Source of the DNA: Clostridia bacterium
GTDB taxonomy: Bacteria > Bacillota > Clostridia > Christensenellales > Aristaeellaceae
NCBI GenBank assembly: GCA_017519405.1
Contig: JAFWSH010000006.1
Span: 9,284-73,283 of the forward strand
Reading direction: 5' to 3'
DNA: 64,000 bases
Part shown: piece after piece, positions 18,001-25,405 of the stretch
How positions within the stretch are numbered: position 1 is the first letter of the stretch
Layout: every line of letters starts with the position of its first letter
Translations under genes and position numbers: made by a program
Notes under the pieces: generated by a model
The model's input: the letters and a program-made list of their open reading frames with translations, nothing else
Databases searched by the model: none
What the model was told of the DNA's origin: nothing

Positions 18001-19263
18001 CTCCTCATCGGAAACAGAAAACGCAGAGACGGCTGTCTCTGCGCGGGGAGTGGGATGGGGTTGTTCAGATTCTGCCTGGCTTTCGTCGATAGCGGCGATC
18101 TGCTCAGCCTCTGTGGGAATCAGGAGTGAGAGCTGTTCTGTCTCCGGCTCCTGGCCTGTCAGGTGTAGATCAGCTCCGACAGGATCATTTCCTCCGCCTG
18201 CTGCTTCAGGTTGTTCATCAGGCCCACCCAGGCCATCTGATCCCTGGCCTTCAGTTCCTCGGTCACGCCGTTCTGCTTCGTCAGCAGACTCATCAGGCTC
18301 TCCAGCCTTGCGTGCGCCGTCTCGTCGATCTCCTGCAGGTGCGCCATCAGGCTGCCGTTCAGGATCAGCCGTGTGTACAGTCCCGGACGGCTCTGCTCCA
18401 GGTAGCGCTGCCTCATGATCCCGTACTTGCCCAGCGGCTTCTGTTCCGCTTCGGTCAGACCCAGGTCCGGCAGCAGGTAGTCTCCGTTCCGCTTGTAGAT
18501 CAGTTCGCTCATGATTCATGCTCCTTTCAGCAGTCCTGACAGTTGTTTCGATCTGTCGCAGGATCTGTCCGCTGATGTCGCTGACAGCCCTGCCGAGTTC
18601 CGCCACGGTGGCGGGAGTGTTCCAGTCCAGCACCTCGATGAAGTCCTCCCGGCGCAGCTCCGGATCCAGGCCGCAGCGGGTCTGAATGCTGTAGGAGATG
18701 CTGGCCGCCGCGGCCTTCCGGAAGGAAGCTCCGATGCTGAAATCATCATAATCCAGCAGCGCCGGACTGTCCACGCTGTCGCGGATGTCACGGGCGTGAT
18801 CCCGCCACCAGGCCAGCGCCTGCTGCTGGGCAATCTGATCGATCTGCTGGACAAGGCCCATGGCAGCGTCCGCGTAATACTGGTCTTCCAGCATCTGCCG
18901 CACCGGCTCCTGCGTGTCCACTGTCAATGCCCAGGGCTCAACGCTCCGGGAGTTCTGCCGTGTGCCGGTGTCTGACACGTCGAAGACATACCGGACACGC
19001 ATTCCTTCCGATCCGGGAGCAAGCAGGGCGATGCCCTTTGAACCGCGCCGGATATAGCGCCGCATCGTGTCATTCCAGAGATCATACGAAGCGCACGCGG
19101 TGGCCTCCGGCCTTTGGGCATAAATCAACAGCTGATCGTGAAAGGGATACTTGTACAGCCGGGAGGCGGTTGTGAGGAAGGAAGTCCATTCCAGGTAATC
19201 CGCGCTGATTCTGCCGGCGGTCTCATCCGCCATGAGCGCATAAGCCTGCGCCTTGTTCGGCAT
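12055..19263 (-). CDS. Giant polyvalent protein: ArdC-N-like ssDNA-binding domain + N6-adenine DNA methyltransferase + SNF2-family helicase
   Basis: GGGAGGAAG precedes ATG 19263 (alternative ATG 19281 overlaps the upstream stop). ArdC-N-like FHDQLLIYAQRPEATACASYDLWNDTMRRYIRRGSKGIALLAP. MTase motifs LEPSCGVGNFFG (SAM-binding) and AIGNVPFG (motif IV). Helicase motifs VVGAGKTYEM, FVDEAHAYKN (DEAH), QRAGRIVRQGN (motif VI). Confidence 0.9.
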   Translation of the reverse strand: MPNKAQAYALMADETAGRISADYLEWTSFLTTASRLYKYPFHDQLLIYAQRPEATACASYDLWNDTMRRYIRRGSKGIALLAPGSEGMRVRYVFDVSDTGTRQNSRSVEPWALTVDTQEPVRQMLEDQYYADAAMGLVQQIDQIAQQQALAWWRDHARDIRDSVDSPALLDYDDFSIGASFRKAAAASISYSIQTRCGLDPELRREDFIEVLDWNTPATVAELGRAVSDISGQILRQIETTVRTAERSMNHERTDLQAERRLPAAGPGSDRSGTEAAGQVRDHEAALPGAEPSGTVHTADPERQPDGAPAGDRRDGARKAGEPDESADEAERRDRGTEGQGSDGLGGPDEQPEAAGGGNDPVGADLHLTGQEPETEQLSLLIPTEAEQIAAIDESQAESEQPHPTPRAETAVSAFSVSDEEIDHVLRRGSGFEGGRLRIAAFYDSHPSPKDAQAFLKDEYGIGGHSHTYLDGSSGFVDYNSQGMRLSRRGFREEMKLRWPAVEQHIRRLVESGSYLTDAEQARLAEMRVAFADTGLPVPAARAAYPSFSASSPENAEEQLTESAPAESQEPDDSLDDIDPAAIRASLAESGIVNGELVDPEALARNPFVQQVEADVAAITRDEEAEEPVTEPVSGESEPAAENTPPLHPDERIIPEHDGLPAMREVVIDLTDRSLDEVPVPREPQQPVMPDFPYDLKHGDTIYMDGRPFTVDEVRFYDVAFRDPAMIYPIFRAESKSILWRLLDRDERNRPFRTEPLVEQSVSEAPREEQQVQEAVPADGANFHITDDHLGEGSRKTKFKWNIEAIRTLKAIEAENRQATQEEQEILSRYVGWGGMPQAFDGDNPAWSEEFAELRSLLTPEEYEMARASTLNAHYTSPTVIRAIYAAVEQMGFRSGNILEPSCGVGNFFGLLPESMAGSSLYGVELDSITGRIAQHLYPQADIAVTGFEKTDRKDFFDLAIGNVPFGAYRVPDRQFDRYNFLIHDYFFAKALDQVRPGGIVAFITSKGTMDKQSPEVRKYIAQRAELLGAIRLPNNAFRANAGTDVTSDIIFLQKRDRAIDIEPDWVHLGQTANGIPVNAYFAEHPEMVLGNMIWDDSMYGSQQETACQAFPGEDLAEQLREAVSHITGTYQEAELPDLSEGDAIRSSIPADPNVRNYSYTVVDGQVYYRENSIMVRPDLNATAQERVMGMVAMRDCVHRLMEAQLHDADDYSVHEIQAELNSLYDNFTARFGLINSRPNMQAFSDDSSYYLLSSLEILTEDGQLKQKADMFTRRTIRQQRVVEHVDTPVEALAVSISERARVDLPYMAELTGMEPEQIASDLTGVIFRLPAPVDEQGNPQYVTADEYLSGNVRQKLREAREAAAVSPIFAPNVAALEKAQPKDLDASEIDVRLGATWVDRKYIQQFMEEVFEIPFYQRRAVQVQYSNFTSEWRINGKTSLSYSNVANNMTFGTDRVTGLRILEDTLNLRDVRVYDTVEDADGKEKRVLNQEATTLAQQKQQALKEAFRDWVWRDPDRRAALVEKYNELFNSVRPREYDGQHITFSGMNPEITLREHQRNAIAHMLYGGNTLLAHVVGAGKTYEMIAAAMESKRLGLCSKSMFVVPNHLTEQWASEFMRLYPSARILVTTKKDFEKNNRRRFCSRIATGDYDAIIIGHSQFERIPMSRERQERLLQEQIEEITKGVQELKFMRGEQFSIKQMERTKKQLEGRLRKLQAEDRKDDVVTFEELGVDRLFVDEAHAYKNLFLTTKMRNVAGLSTSEAQKSSDMFMKCRYMDELTGGRGVVFATGTPISNSMTEMYTMQRYLQYATLKRQNLTHFDAWASTFGETTTAIELAPEGTGYRARTRFARFFNLPELMTMFREVADIKTADQLHLPTPTPHYETVVVQPTELQKAMVQSLSERASKVHSGSVDPRVDNMLKITSDGRKLGLDQRLINPLLPDDPGSKVNACVGNVFRIWQEGAADRLTQLIFCDISTPKGADKAAPARLDTPAESTEDELPPLEESTEPLDASHVSSNAVESDFSVYEDIRAKLIARGVPPEEIAFIHDANSELKKKELFAKVRAGQVRILLGSTAKMGAGTNVQDRLIALHDLDCPWRPGDLEQRAGRIVRQGNGNPDVQIYRYVTEGTFDAYLWQTVENKQKFISQVMTSKSPVRSCEDIDEAALSYAEIKALCAGDPDIKEKMDLDVDVARLRLMKADHQSQQYRLEDRLLKHFPQEIERCNGFIRGFEQDLATLAAHPLPEKDFVGMTVGGKTFAEAKDAGEAILAACKKIRSDVEVSIGEYRGFAVSAMFNPFSSQYMLILKGAMSHQVELGGDPRGVITRIDNVLAGIPKRIETTQNRLADLNQQMTTARAELGKPFPQEEELRRKSARLAELDAKLSLDRPQQREKKHNEPEI
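18159..18512 (-). CDS. TnpV-family protein ORF nested out of frame inside the polyvalent-protein gene
   Basis: AAAGGAG 8 nt before ATG 18512. The 117-aa product (GDYLLPDLGLTEAEQKPLGKYGIMRQRYLEQSRPGLYTRLILNGSL...ARDQMAWVGLMNNLKQQAEEMILSELIY) aligns along its length, roughly half identical by eye, with the TnpV homolog at 50295-50708 (GDYYFPDLTAPEADSKPIGKWGRMHRNYLKEHRPGMYTRLILSGKL...AQDQMLWVGRMNSIRNRAEEIILAELIF). Confidence 0.6.
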   Translation of the reverse strand: MSELIYKRNGDYLLPDLGLTEAEQKPLGKYGIMRQRYLEQSRPGLYTRLILNGSLMAHLQEIDETAHARLESLMSLLTKQNGVTEELKARDQMAWVGLMNNLKQQAEEMILSELIYT

Positions 19264-19277
19264 ATCTCTTCCTCCCG

Positions 19278-19580
19278 TCATTCAATCTCATCATCCGGAT
19301 CCACTTCGTCCAGCCAGAAAGCCATGCCCGTGCCCCACGCGGAGTCCTCGTCCGGGAAGACCGGGGAATACTCCGGCGTCAATTCCTCGGACAGATCGTC
19401 AAAATCGTTATCGGTCATGCCTTCCAGCTTGGCGATCACACCCTGCGCAAGGTCCAGCAGATCCGTTTCATCCGGCATCAGGTAACCGATCATCCTGCGC
19501 AGCTCCTCGATGGTTCCTTTCCGGCTGCCGGGATCATAGAGCGTGATCAGGTTGAGTTCATCTATCGTAAATATCGTCAT
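19278..19580 (-). CDS. Transposon-transfer assisting protein (TTRAP family)
   Basis: MTIFTIDELNLITLYDPGSRKGTIEELRRMIGYLMPDETDLLDLAQGVIAKLEGMTD is typical of the TTRAP family of Firmicute ICEs. Confidence 0.7.
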   Translation of the reverse strand: MTIFTIDELNLITLYDPGSRKGTIEELRRMIGYLMPDETDLLDLAQGVIAKLEGMTDNDFDDLSEELTPEYSPVFPDEDSAWGTGMAFWLDEVDPDDEIE

Positions 19581-19837
19581 GAATCCTCCTTGGCAGAACT
19601 GTCGTCCGTTCCGTCATACCAAAGCGCGTAAGAGATCAGGTCGTCCATATCCCATCCCACAGGCAGCACATTTTTCAGGCATGGTTCACAGTCCATCAGG
19701 CCGTCAACCGGCGCGTACCTGTTTTCATAGCGTGCGGGGCAGGCATTACCGGACTCCATGCATTTCCCATTCCGGTAATAGGGGCACTCGTTCCGGAGGA
19801 GCGCCCGGATGCTTGTCCGAATCCTTCTTCTGGTCAT
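19577..19837 (-). CDS. Cysteine-rich VLP domain protein
   Basis: ECPYYRNGKCMESGNACPARYENRY...CEPCLKNVLPVGW: Cys pattern plus the VLP motif. Start overlaps nothing; stop overlaps the TTRAP start. Confidence 0.7.
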   Translation of the reverse strand: MTRRRIRTSIRALLRNECPYYRNGKCMESGNACPARYENRYAPVDGLMDCEPCLKNVLPVGWDMDDLISYALWYDGTDDSSAKEDS

Positions 19838-19888
19838 AGGGCCTCGCTTCTGACTGCCCGGCCCTAAGGCCGGGCATAAAAGAAGGCA

Positions 19889-20524
19889 TCACACCAATGG
19901 CGCGATGTCTTCCTTCGTCATGTAGATATTGAAGCTGGCCAACTCCGGAACGGCATTGAGCTCGGTGCAGTTCTTGGCCTCCTTGAACGCGTCTTCCTCG
20001 TCGCCTTCCTGCAAGGTGCGCAGGGAGTATACGGGCTGATCCAGGCATTCGTCCCGGAGAGCGTCGAAGCGGGTCACCAGCTTCTGACCATGCAGCCGGC
20101 ACAGGTGATCAACCAGGCCCAGCAGGAAGAAAGCGCATCTGTAAAGGCCGTCGGCGTAGAACCGCTCAATCCAGTAATCCTTGCAGATGGCTTTGACAAA
20201 GCCCATGTCCCCGCAGGAACCCAGCTTGATCAAGGTGCAGTCCACCATCACATAAAAGTCCAGCATGGAAGAATCATCATGCCGTTCAGTCTTCGGCAGC
20301 TGATCCCCGCCGCAGAGCGCCTCATCGATGTGGCTGCCCAGAAGCTCTTCCATCGTAGTGTCAAGCGCGCCGGCAATGCACGCCACCGTCAGCACCTCGC
20401 AGCGGTCAAACTGCGCCTTGCCGCTCAGAATGTCCCGCAGGGTGGACTCCGGAACACCGCTCTTGCGGCTCAGTTCAGCACGGGTCATGTTCTTTTCCTT
20501 CATCAGTTCGTTCAGAAACATCAT
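19889..20524 (-). CDS. XRE-family helix-turn-helix protein with uncharacterised C-terminal domain
   Basis: N-terminal MTRAELSRKSGVPESTLRDILSGKAQ is a Cro/C1-type HTH. The C-terminal ~140 aa are not recognised. Confidence 0.7.
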   Translation of the reverse strand: MMFLNELMKEKNMTRAELSRKSGVPESTLRDILSGKAQFDRCEVLTVACIAGALDTTMEELLGSHIDEALCGGDQLPKTERHDDSSMLDFYVMVDCTLIKLGSCGDMGFVKAICKDYWIERFYADGLYRCAFFLLGLVDHLCRLHGQKLVTRFDALRDECLDQPVYSLRTLQEGDEEDAFKEAKNCTELNAVPELASFNIYMTKEDIAPLV

Positions 20525-21447
20525 CTGTCCATTCCTTTCTGCTTGTTCGCATGCCTGGCCGGCTTTACCGGCGGCGTTGTCTCAGTTTTCTCAGCAGCCC
20601 GCGCCAGCTTGTGCGCCCGCTGGGCCTGCCGGTCGTAAATGTAGAGATAGAAATTGTAGTCATCATGCCGGGGCGTACACCGGAGACAGTATTCATACCG
20701 TGGTGTCTCCGCGTGAAAGCCAAAGCTGTCGTCACAGCGGCTGCCATTCCGACAGGCCTTGCGCATGGTTTCAAAGTCCTTCAGCAAGTGACCATCGGCA
20801 CGCAGGCCTGTCATCACATCCCGAAGCTCCTTTGAGAATGATTCCGTGTTCAGATCCGGCTGATGGTCAAACCAGCTTGACCAGAATTCCTTGCCGCTGT
20901 GACCGAAATCCCCGCGCAGGTGTCCCACGCAGCCGCGCTCCAGATCCGTGCTTTTGTCCGCGGAATACAGCCAGCTTTTCTGATCCTCCTGAATGGGCGC
21001 CCAGACCAGGTTCTGCCGGCACTCGCGTTCCATCGCCTGGAGCGCGTTTTCAAACGCATACAGAGCCGTACGGGAGAACTCATCGTAATAATCCGTGGCA
21101 TTACGGATGCCAAAATCCTTTGACAATCCCTGCTGCTGCACAAAGGAGGAGGAATCCGCCGCGTCCAGATACCCTGTGATCTCAGCACGCAGATCAGCGA
21201 TTAACTCATGCATGCTTTCGCCATCGTCTCCGGCGTAGATCATTTCTTCCGTCCCCATATCCGGATCCTCGGAACTGAAGGACAGGGTCAGTTCGGAGCG
21301 CTGCCCAGTCCGGGTGAACTCAAGCCTTGTGTCAGCCGTATAATCGTGCGTGAAGTACCGGATGCTCCGCTCATCCGGCCCATCATCCGGGCGGTGCCTG
21401 TCCTGGAGGCTGTCCCGCCAGTTTTCATAGTCTTCCATTGACTGCAT
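20521..21447 (-). CDS. Hypothetical protein (ICE-associated, family not recognised)
   Basis: 308-aa ORF, co-directional, stop overlaps the downstream start. Normal amino-acid composition, unlike the antisense ORFs. Confidence 0.55.
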   Translation of the reverse strand: MQSMEDYENWRDSLQDRHRPDDGPDERSIRYFTHDYTADTRLEFTRTGQRSELTLSFSSEDPDMGTEEMIYAGDDGESMHELIADLRAEITGYLDAADSSSFVQQQGLSKDFGIRNATDYYDEFSRTALYAFENALQAMERECRQNLVWAPIQEDQKSWLYSADKSTDLERGCVGHLRGDFGHSGKEFWSSWFDHQPDLNTESFSKELRDVMTGLRADGHLLKDFETMRKACRNGSRCDDSFGFHAETPRYEYCLRCTPRHDDYNFYLYIYDRQAQRAHKLARAAEKTETTPPVKPARHANKQKGMDR

Positions 21448-21464
21448 CTGCGTCCTCCTGATGA

Positions 21465-22214
21465 TTATCTTTCGGGGCCCTTGGGATGCTTACGCTCCTT
21501 ATGATGACCTTCATGAGGAGTATCCGCAGCCCCAGGCACAACCGGCGTCTCCGGGTTCCGCTCCTGCTTCGGCCCATTGTTGATGATCCCGTCAATCATG
21601 CCGTAATCATCCTCCAGGGTCATCTCCGCGTTCCGGAGCGGGTTATCCGGCATGAAGTCCGGCAATTCCCTGAAACCGAAGCTGTCGGTGTAATAGCACC
21701 GGATCGTATCATGCTGTCTCAGCGCTATCACATCGCTGACACTCAGGCTGTGCCCGTGGAAGTCCGCTGGCCGATCAAGGTTGAACCTGGCGTAAAGGCT
21801 TTCCAGAATGGCAAGCGGCTCACGGGTGTCATCTGACGGGAGCGTACCGGTGTAGATCAGATCGTAATGTGCCGACCGGATACTCTGATCGACCGCTCTG
21901 GTATCACAGCCTTCCAGCCAGCAGCAGTTGGCTCCGATGCTCAGGTAAAGAACCGACTCCTGCATAACCGCGTTCCGGACAGAGATCATCTGCGAATCTG
22001 TATTGGGGATCACCGTAAATCCAGCGTCCCGGAGATACTGTTCAGCAGCAGCTTTGTCCGGGAAAAAGATGCCTTCCGCTGTTTCAAGAATCTTGTGCAC
22101 ATCCCGCCGCAGGCGCAGCGCGTCACGGTTCAGATCATCCAGGCTGGCAAATCGGAGCATGTGATAATCCGGGCCGTCCTTCAGCTGATAAATCGCATAG
22201 CTGTTATCCGGCAT
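21465..22214 (-). CDS. YodL-like domain + DUF4316 protein
   Basis: GGAGGTG 6 nt before ATG 22214. MPDNSYAIYQLKDGPDYHMLRFASLDDL is a YodL-like N-terminus. C-terminal NPLRNAEMTLEDDYGMIDGIINNG is DUF4316-like. Confidence 0.7.
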   Translation of the reverse strand: MPDNSYAIYQLKDGPDYHMLRFASLDDLNRDALRLRRDVHKILETAEGIFFPDKAAAEQYLRDAGFTVIPNTDSQMISVRNAVMQESVLYLSIGANCCWLEGCDTRAVDQSIRSAHYDLIYTGTLPSDDTREPLAILESLYARFNLDRPADFHGHSLSVSDVIALRQHDTIRCYYTDSFGFRELPDFMPDNPLRNAEMTLEDDYGMIDGIINNGPKQERNPETPVVPGAADTPHEGHHKERKHPKGPER

Positions 22215-22274
22215 TGCTGTCACCTCCAAAAGACATCAGGCCGGATGCCCGGAAAGCATCCAGCCTGAAAGAGA

Positions 22275-23189
22275 TTACTCAAACACCATGCCGCTGGTCT
22301 TCGCACCATCCGAGAGCACCAGCGCATACTTGTACTGCCCGTCCTGTACGCTCTGGCGGCAGATGCGCAGACCGTAGAGTTCCACCGAGTCACCACGGGC
22401 CAGGGTCAGCTCAAACTCAGAATCGTTCCAGTAACGGTTGCGGGCGCTGTCATAGTAGTCAATCGACCAGGTGCCGGACCATTGCACCTCGCGTCCGCTT
22501 TTCAGGGTTGACGTGCCGGTCACAGTACCGTCCTCATGGAATACAATCCGGCTGGCATCCATCGCGCTGCCCACATAGAGCTTCCAGCTGCCGACCACGG
22601 CGTGCCGGGCTTCCCGCAGGGTTGTGACTGTGCCGGAAAGGCAATCCGTGGGCACAAAGCCCCGGAACGGAACGCCTTTGTCCTCAGACTCAATGTAGGT
22701 CCAGGTGCCCATGGTGCCGAGACACGTAACCTTCGTGTTCTCAGCCAGTTTGACCAGAAGCGCCTTACTGCCCAGGGGATCGTCTGTGACCTCAACATTG
22801 TAGTTGACGATGGCGGTCGCCTTTGTCAGCCTGAGTTCAGGCACCTCGGTGTCCTTCGGCAGTGCGTTCTTGTAGATATATCCGATGCGGTTGCGCTCTC
22901 CCTTGATGTCATACTGCACCAGGATCCAGTCGCCCTCTGATCCGAAGACCTGAATCCAGCCGTTCGTACTGACACGGGCGCGGCCCTTGGCACCACGAAT
23001 GCTCTTTTTGTTGGGAGCGGAGTAAACCGCATAGGTCTGATTGCCTGTGAAAGAGACTACCTCGGCACTGAAGGTTCCCCCAGGAATGGCGGGGACCTTG
23101 GACGTGTCCATGGTGATCACTGTATCCGCCATCGCGGCAGGGCACAGGAGCAGGCAGATCAAAAGCATCGACAGAAGTTTCTTTATCAT
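22275..23189 (-). CDS. Secreted protein with SH3b-like domain(s)
   Basis: GGAGG 6 nt before ATG 23189. Signal peptide MIKKLLSMLLICLLLCPAAMA. NGWIQVFGSEGDWILVQYDIKGERNRIGYIYKNALP is SH3b-like. The longer 450-aa track ORF (to 23627) overlaps topB with an R/G/H-rich extension. Confidence 0.7.
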   Translation of the reverse strand: MIKKLLSMLLICLLLCPAAMADTVITMDTSKVPAIPGGTFSAEVVSFTGNQTYAVYSAPNKKSIRGAKGRARVSTNGWIQVFGSEGDWILVQYDIKGERNRIGYIYKNALPKDTEVPELRLTKATAIVNYNVEVTDDPLGSKALLVKLAENTKVTCLGTMGTWTYIESEDKGVPFRGFVPTDCLSGTVTTLREARHAVVGSWKLYVGSAMDASRIVFHEDGTVTGTSTLKSGREVQWSGTWSIDYYDSARNRYWNDSEFELTLARGDSVELYGLRICRQSVQDGQYKYALVLSDGAKTSGMVFE

Positions 23190-23200
23190 GGAAAGCCTCC

Positions 23201-25303
23201 TCATTTGAAAGTTGGGCGAAGAAACGGTTTTCCGTTCTCGTTGTAATCCAGGTGCAGCGTCGCGTTGTACTTGATATGGGACTTTGCGGAAACAAGGCCC
23301 TTCTTGAACACCGAGCCCTTTTCCACCAGCGCTTTCACATCGCTGGCTGTGAGCGGGTGTTCTGCGCCGGTGAGGATGCCGCCTGTTTTCCAGAGCACAA
23401 AACCGCAGATCCGGTTTTCGCACATAAAGCCTTTGGCATGATCCGTGATCGCCGCACCACACCTGGGACAGGCACAGATTTTCTGCCGCATGGGTGCAAA
23501 GAGCGCATCCGCGTTCTCCGCGCGGGTGGTATCCTTTGTCAGCTCCTGAACCCAGGCGCGAATGTCCCGCATGAAGTCCTCCGGCTTTTCTTCGCCGTTC
23601 TCGATTCGCTTCAGCCGCTGTTCCCAATCAGCCGTCAGCTGGGCTGAACAGAGCCGCGCAGGCAGCACAGCTGTCAATGCTTTGCCCTTGGCTGTCGGGA
23701 TCAGCACGCGCTTTCGCCGGTCGCCGGTGCGCTCTACCAGCTTTGTTTCCAGGAGCTTTTCCAGGATCGCTGCCCGGGTAGCCGGAGTGCCGATGCCCTT
23801 GTGCTCAGCGTCGTCCGGCATATCTTCCGCGCCGGCGGTTTCCATGGCGTGCAGGATCGTGTCCTCTGTATGATGGGCAGGCGGCGTGGTCTTGCCCTCC
23901 GCCAGTTCGGCCCGGGGCAGCGGAAGCTCATCGCCTTCCTTCCAGTCAGGAAGTTCGGTGTCCCTGGTTTCATCCTCTTCCTTGTCACGCGGAACGCGGC
24001 TGCCGATGCTGTCCCGGAATGCCTGCCAGACCTGATACCATCCCGGCTGAATCGTCTTCCTGCCTTTCAGGCGGAACTCTCTTCCGGCGCACTCCACGGT
24101 ATAGGTGGTCTCTTCCAGCACACGGGGCTGGGAGAGTGCGCAAAGCAGCCGCACACAGACAAGGTTCAGCAGATCCGCCACACAGGAAGGCAGAGCGGAA
24201 ATCGCCGCTGCCTGGTTCGGCATGGATTCTGTCGGAATGATGGCATGATGATCCGTCACCTTGCTGTCGTTGATCACACGCCCAGCTTCCGCGGTGAACT
24301 CGCTGCCGCTTGTGTACGGCAGCGTGCCGTTGACGCGGGAGGCCAGCTCCTGCAGTCCGGACTCCGCGTTGTGCGTCAGGAACCGGCTGTCAGTGCGCGG
24401 ATAAGTCAGGAGCCGCTTTTCATAGAGTGACTGTGCATACTCCAGTGTCTGCTGAGCGGTGAAACCGAAGACACGGTTTGCGTCCCGCTGCAGAGTGGTG
24501 AGGTCATAGAGTAAGGGCGGGTTCTCCGTTTTCTGTCTGCGCTCCACACGCTTGACGATGGCATTTGACTGGTTGCAGGATTCCATCAGCGAACGGGCCT
24601 CTGCCAGATCCTGAATCCGATTCGAGTGTGCCTGCTGTCCGTCGCCCAGATTCAGCTTGACGGTATAGAAGGTTTCCGGCCTGAAGTTCGCGATGCTGTC
24701 TTCCCGCTCGGTCAGCATGGCCAGCGTCGGCGTCATGACCCGCCCGATATGCAGGGTGGAGCCATAGAGCAGCGAGTACAGGCGTGTGGCGTTCATGCCG
24801 ATCAGCCAATCTGCCTGCGCCCGGCAGAGGGCAGCCTGATACAGGTTGTCATAGGCGGACATGCTTTTCAGGCTGTGAAAGCCCTCCTGAATCGCGCTCG
24901 CTTCCATGGAGGAAATCCAGAGCCTGCGCACCGGCTTCCTGCATTCCGCCATCTGATAGACCAGACGGAAGATGAGCTCACCCTCGCGCCCGGCGTCCGT
25001 GGCGCAAATGATACCGTCCACATGTTCATCCTTCATCAGGGAGGAGACAATGCCGAACTGCTTCGCGCTTTCCGGAGAAATGTTGTATTTCCACTTTTCC
25101 GGGATGATCGGAAGATCCTGATAACGCCAGTGCGCATACTCTGCCTTGTAGTCCTCCGGCATGGCCAGCTCCACCAGGTGTCCCACGCACCAGGTCACAA
25201 TCATGCCCCGTCCCTGCATATAGCCGTCCGCGTTTTCATTCACGCCAAGCACGGCGGCAATTGTTCTGCCCACGCTGGGCTTTTCCGCAATGATCAGTTC
25301 CAC
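23201..25303 (-). CDS. topB: DNA topoisomerase III (type IA)
   Basis: GGAGG 6 nt before GTG 25303 (VELIIAEKPSVGRTIAAVLG is the Toprim start). Active-site Tyr region LLTYPRTDSRFL. C-terminal zinc ribbon CPRCGAAI...CENRICGF. Confidence 0.9.
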   Translation of the reverse strand: MELIIAEKPSVGRTIAAVLGVNENADGYMQGRGMIVTWCVGHLVELAMPEDYKAEYAHWRYQDLPIIPEKWKYNISPESAKQFGIVSSLMKDEHVDGIICATDAGREGELIFRLVYQMAECRKPVRRLWISSMEASAIQEGFHSLKSMSAYDNLYQAALCRAQADWLIGMNATRLYSLLYGSTLHIGRVMTPTLAMLTEREDSIANFRPETFYTVKLNLGDGQQAHSNRIQDLAEARSLMESCNQSNAIVKRVERRQKTENPPLLYDLTTLQRDANRVFGFTAQQTLEYAQSLYEKRLLTYPRTDSRFLTHNAESGLQELASRVNGTLPYTSGSEFTAEAGRVINDSKVTDHHAIIPTESMPNQAAAISALPSCVADLLNLVCVRLLCALSQPRVLEETTYTVECAGREFRLKGRKTIQPGWYQVWQAFRDSIGSRVPRDKEEDETRDTELPDWKEGDELPLPRAELAEGKTTPPAHHTEDTILHAMETAGAEDMPDDAEHKGIGTPATRAAILEKLLETKLVERTGDRRKRVLIPTAKGKALTAVLPARLCSAQLTADWEQRLKRIENGEEKPEDFMRDIRAWVQELTKDTTRAENADALFAPMRQKICACPRCGAAITDHAKGFMCENRICGFVLWKTGGILTGAEHPLTASDVKALVEKGSVFKKGLVSAKSHIKYNATLHLDYNENGKPFLRPTFK

Positions 25304-25326
25304 AGTTTTCCTCCTGTCCGATGAAA

Positions 25327-25400
25327 CTCCGCAAAAGGTGGCTTTTTGCGGAGCGTTGTTCAATGGATACACCCCGCGGTTTGCATGTCCCGCGGGGTGT
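25327..25400 (-). terminator. Two hairpins between the DUF4366 gene and topB (terminator/attenuator candidates)
   Basis: ACACCCCGCGG (25369-25379) pairs with CCGCGGGGTGT (25390-25400). CTCCGCAAAA (25327-25336) pairs with TTTTGCGGAG (25344-25353). On the minus strand the second stem is followed by TTTCATC. T-runs are weak. Confidence 0.4.
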
Positions 25401-25405
25401 TTCGG

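Noticed and set aside
10424-18129. Plus-strand ORFs of 395-547 aa (10424-11617, 12034-13221, 13459-15102, 16897-18129), and similar ones at 25346-26554, 27891-29417, 31177-32352, 34485-35738, 36157-37554
   Set aside because: Same reasoning. Each lies entirely antisense to a motif-bearing ICE or transposon gene, has skewed composition and no translation signals. Stop-codon depletion on the antisense strand of high-GC coding DNA explains them.
22275-23627. The 450-aa version of the ORF ending at 22275
   Set aside because: The first ~145 codons overlap the 3-prime end of topB and encode R/G/H-rich sequence. A GGAGG plus ATG at 23189 followed by a textbook signal peptide gives the credible 304-aa protein.
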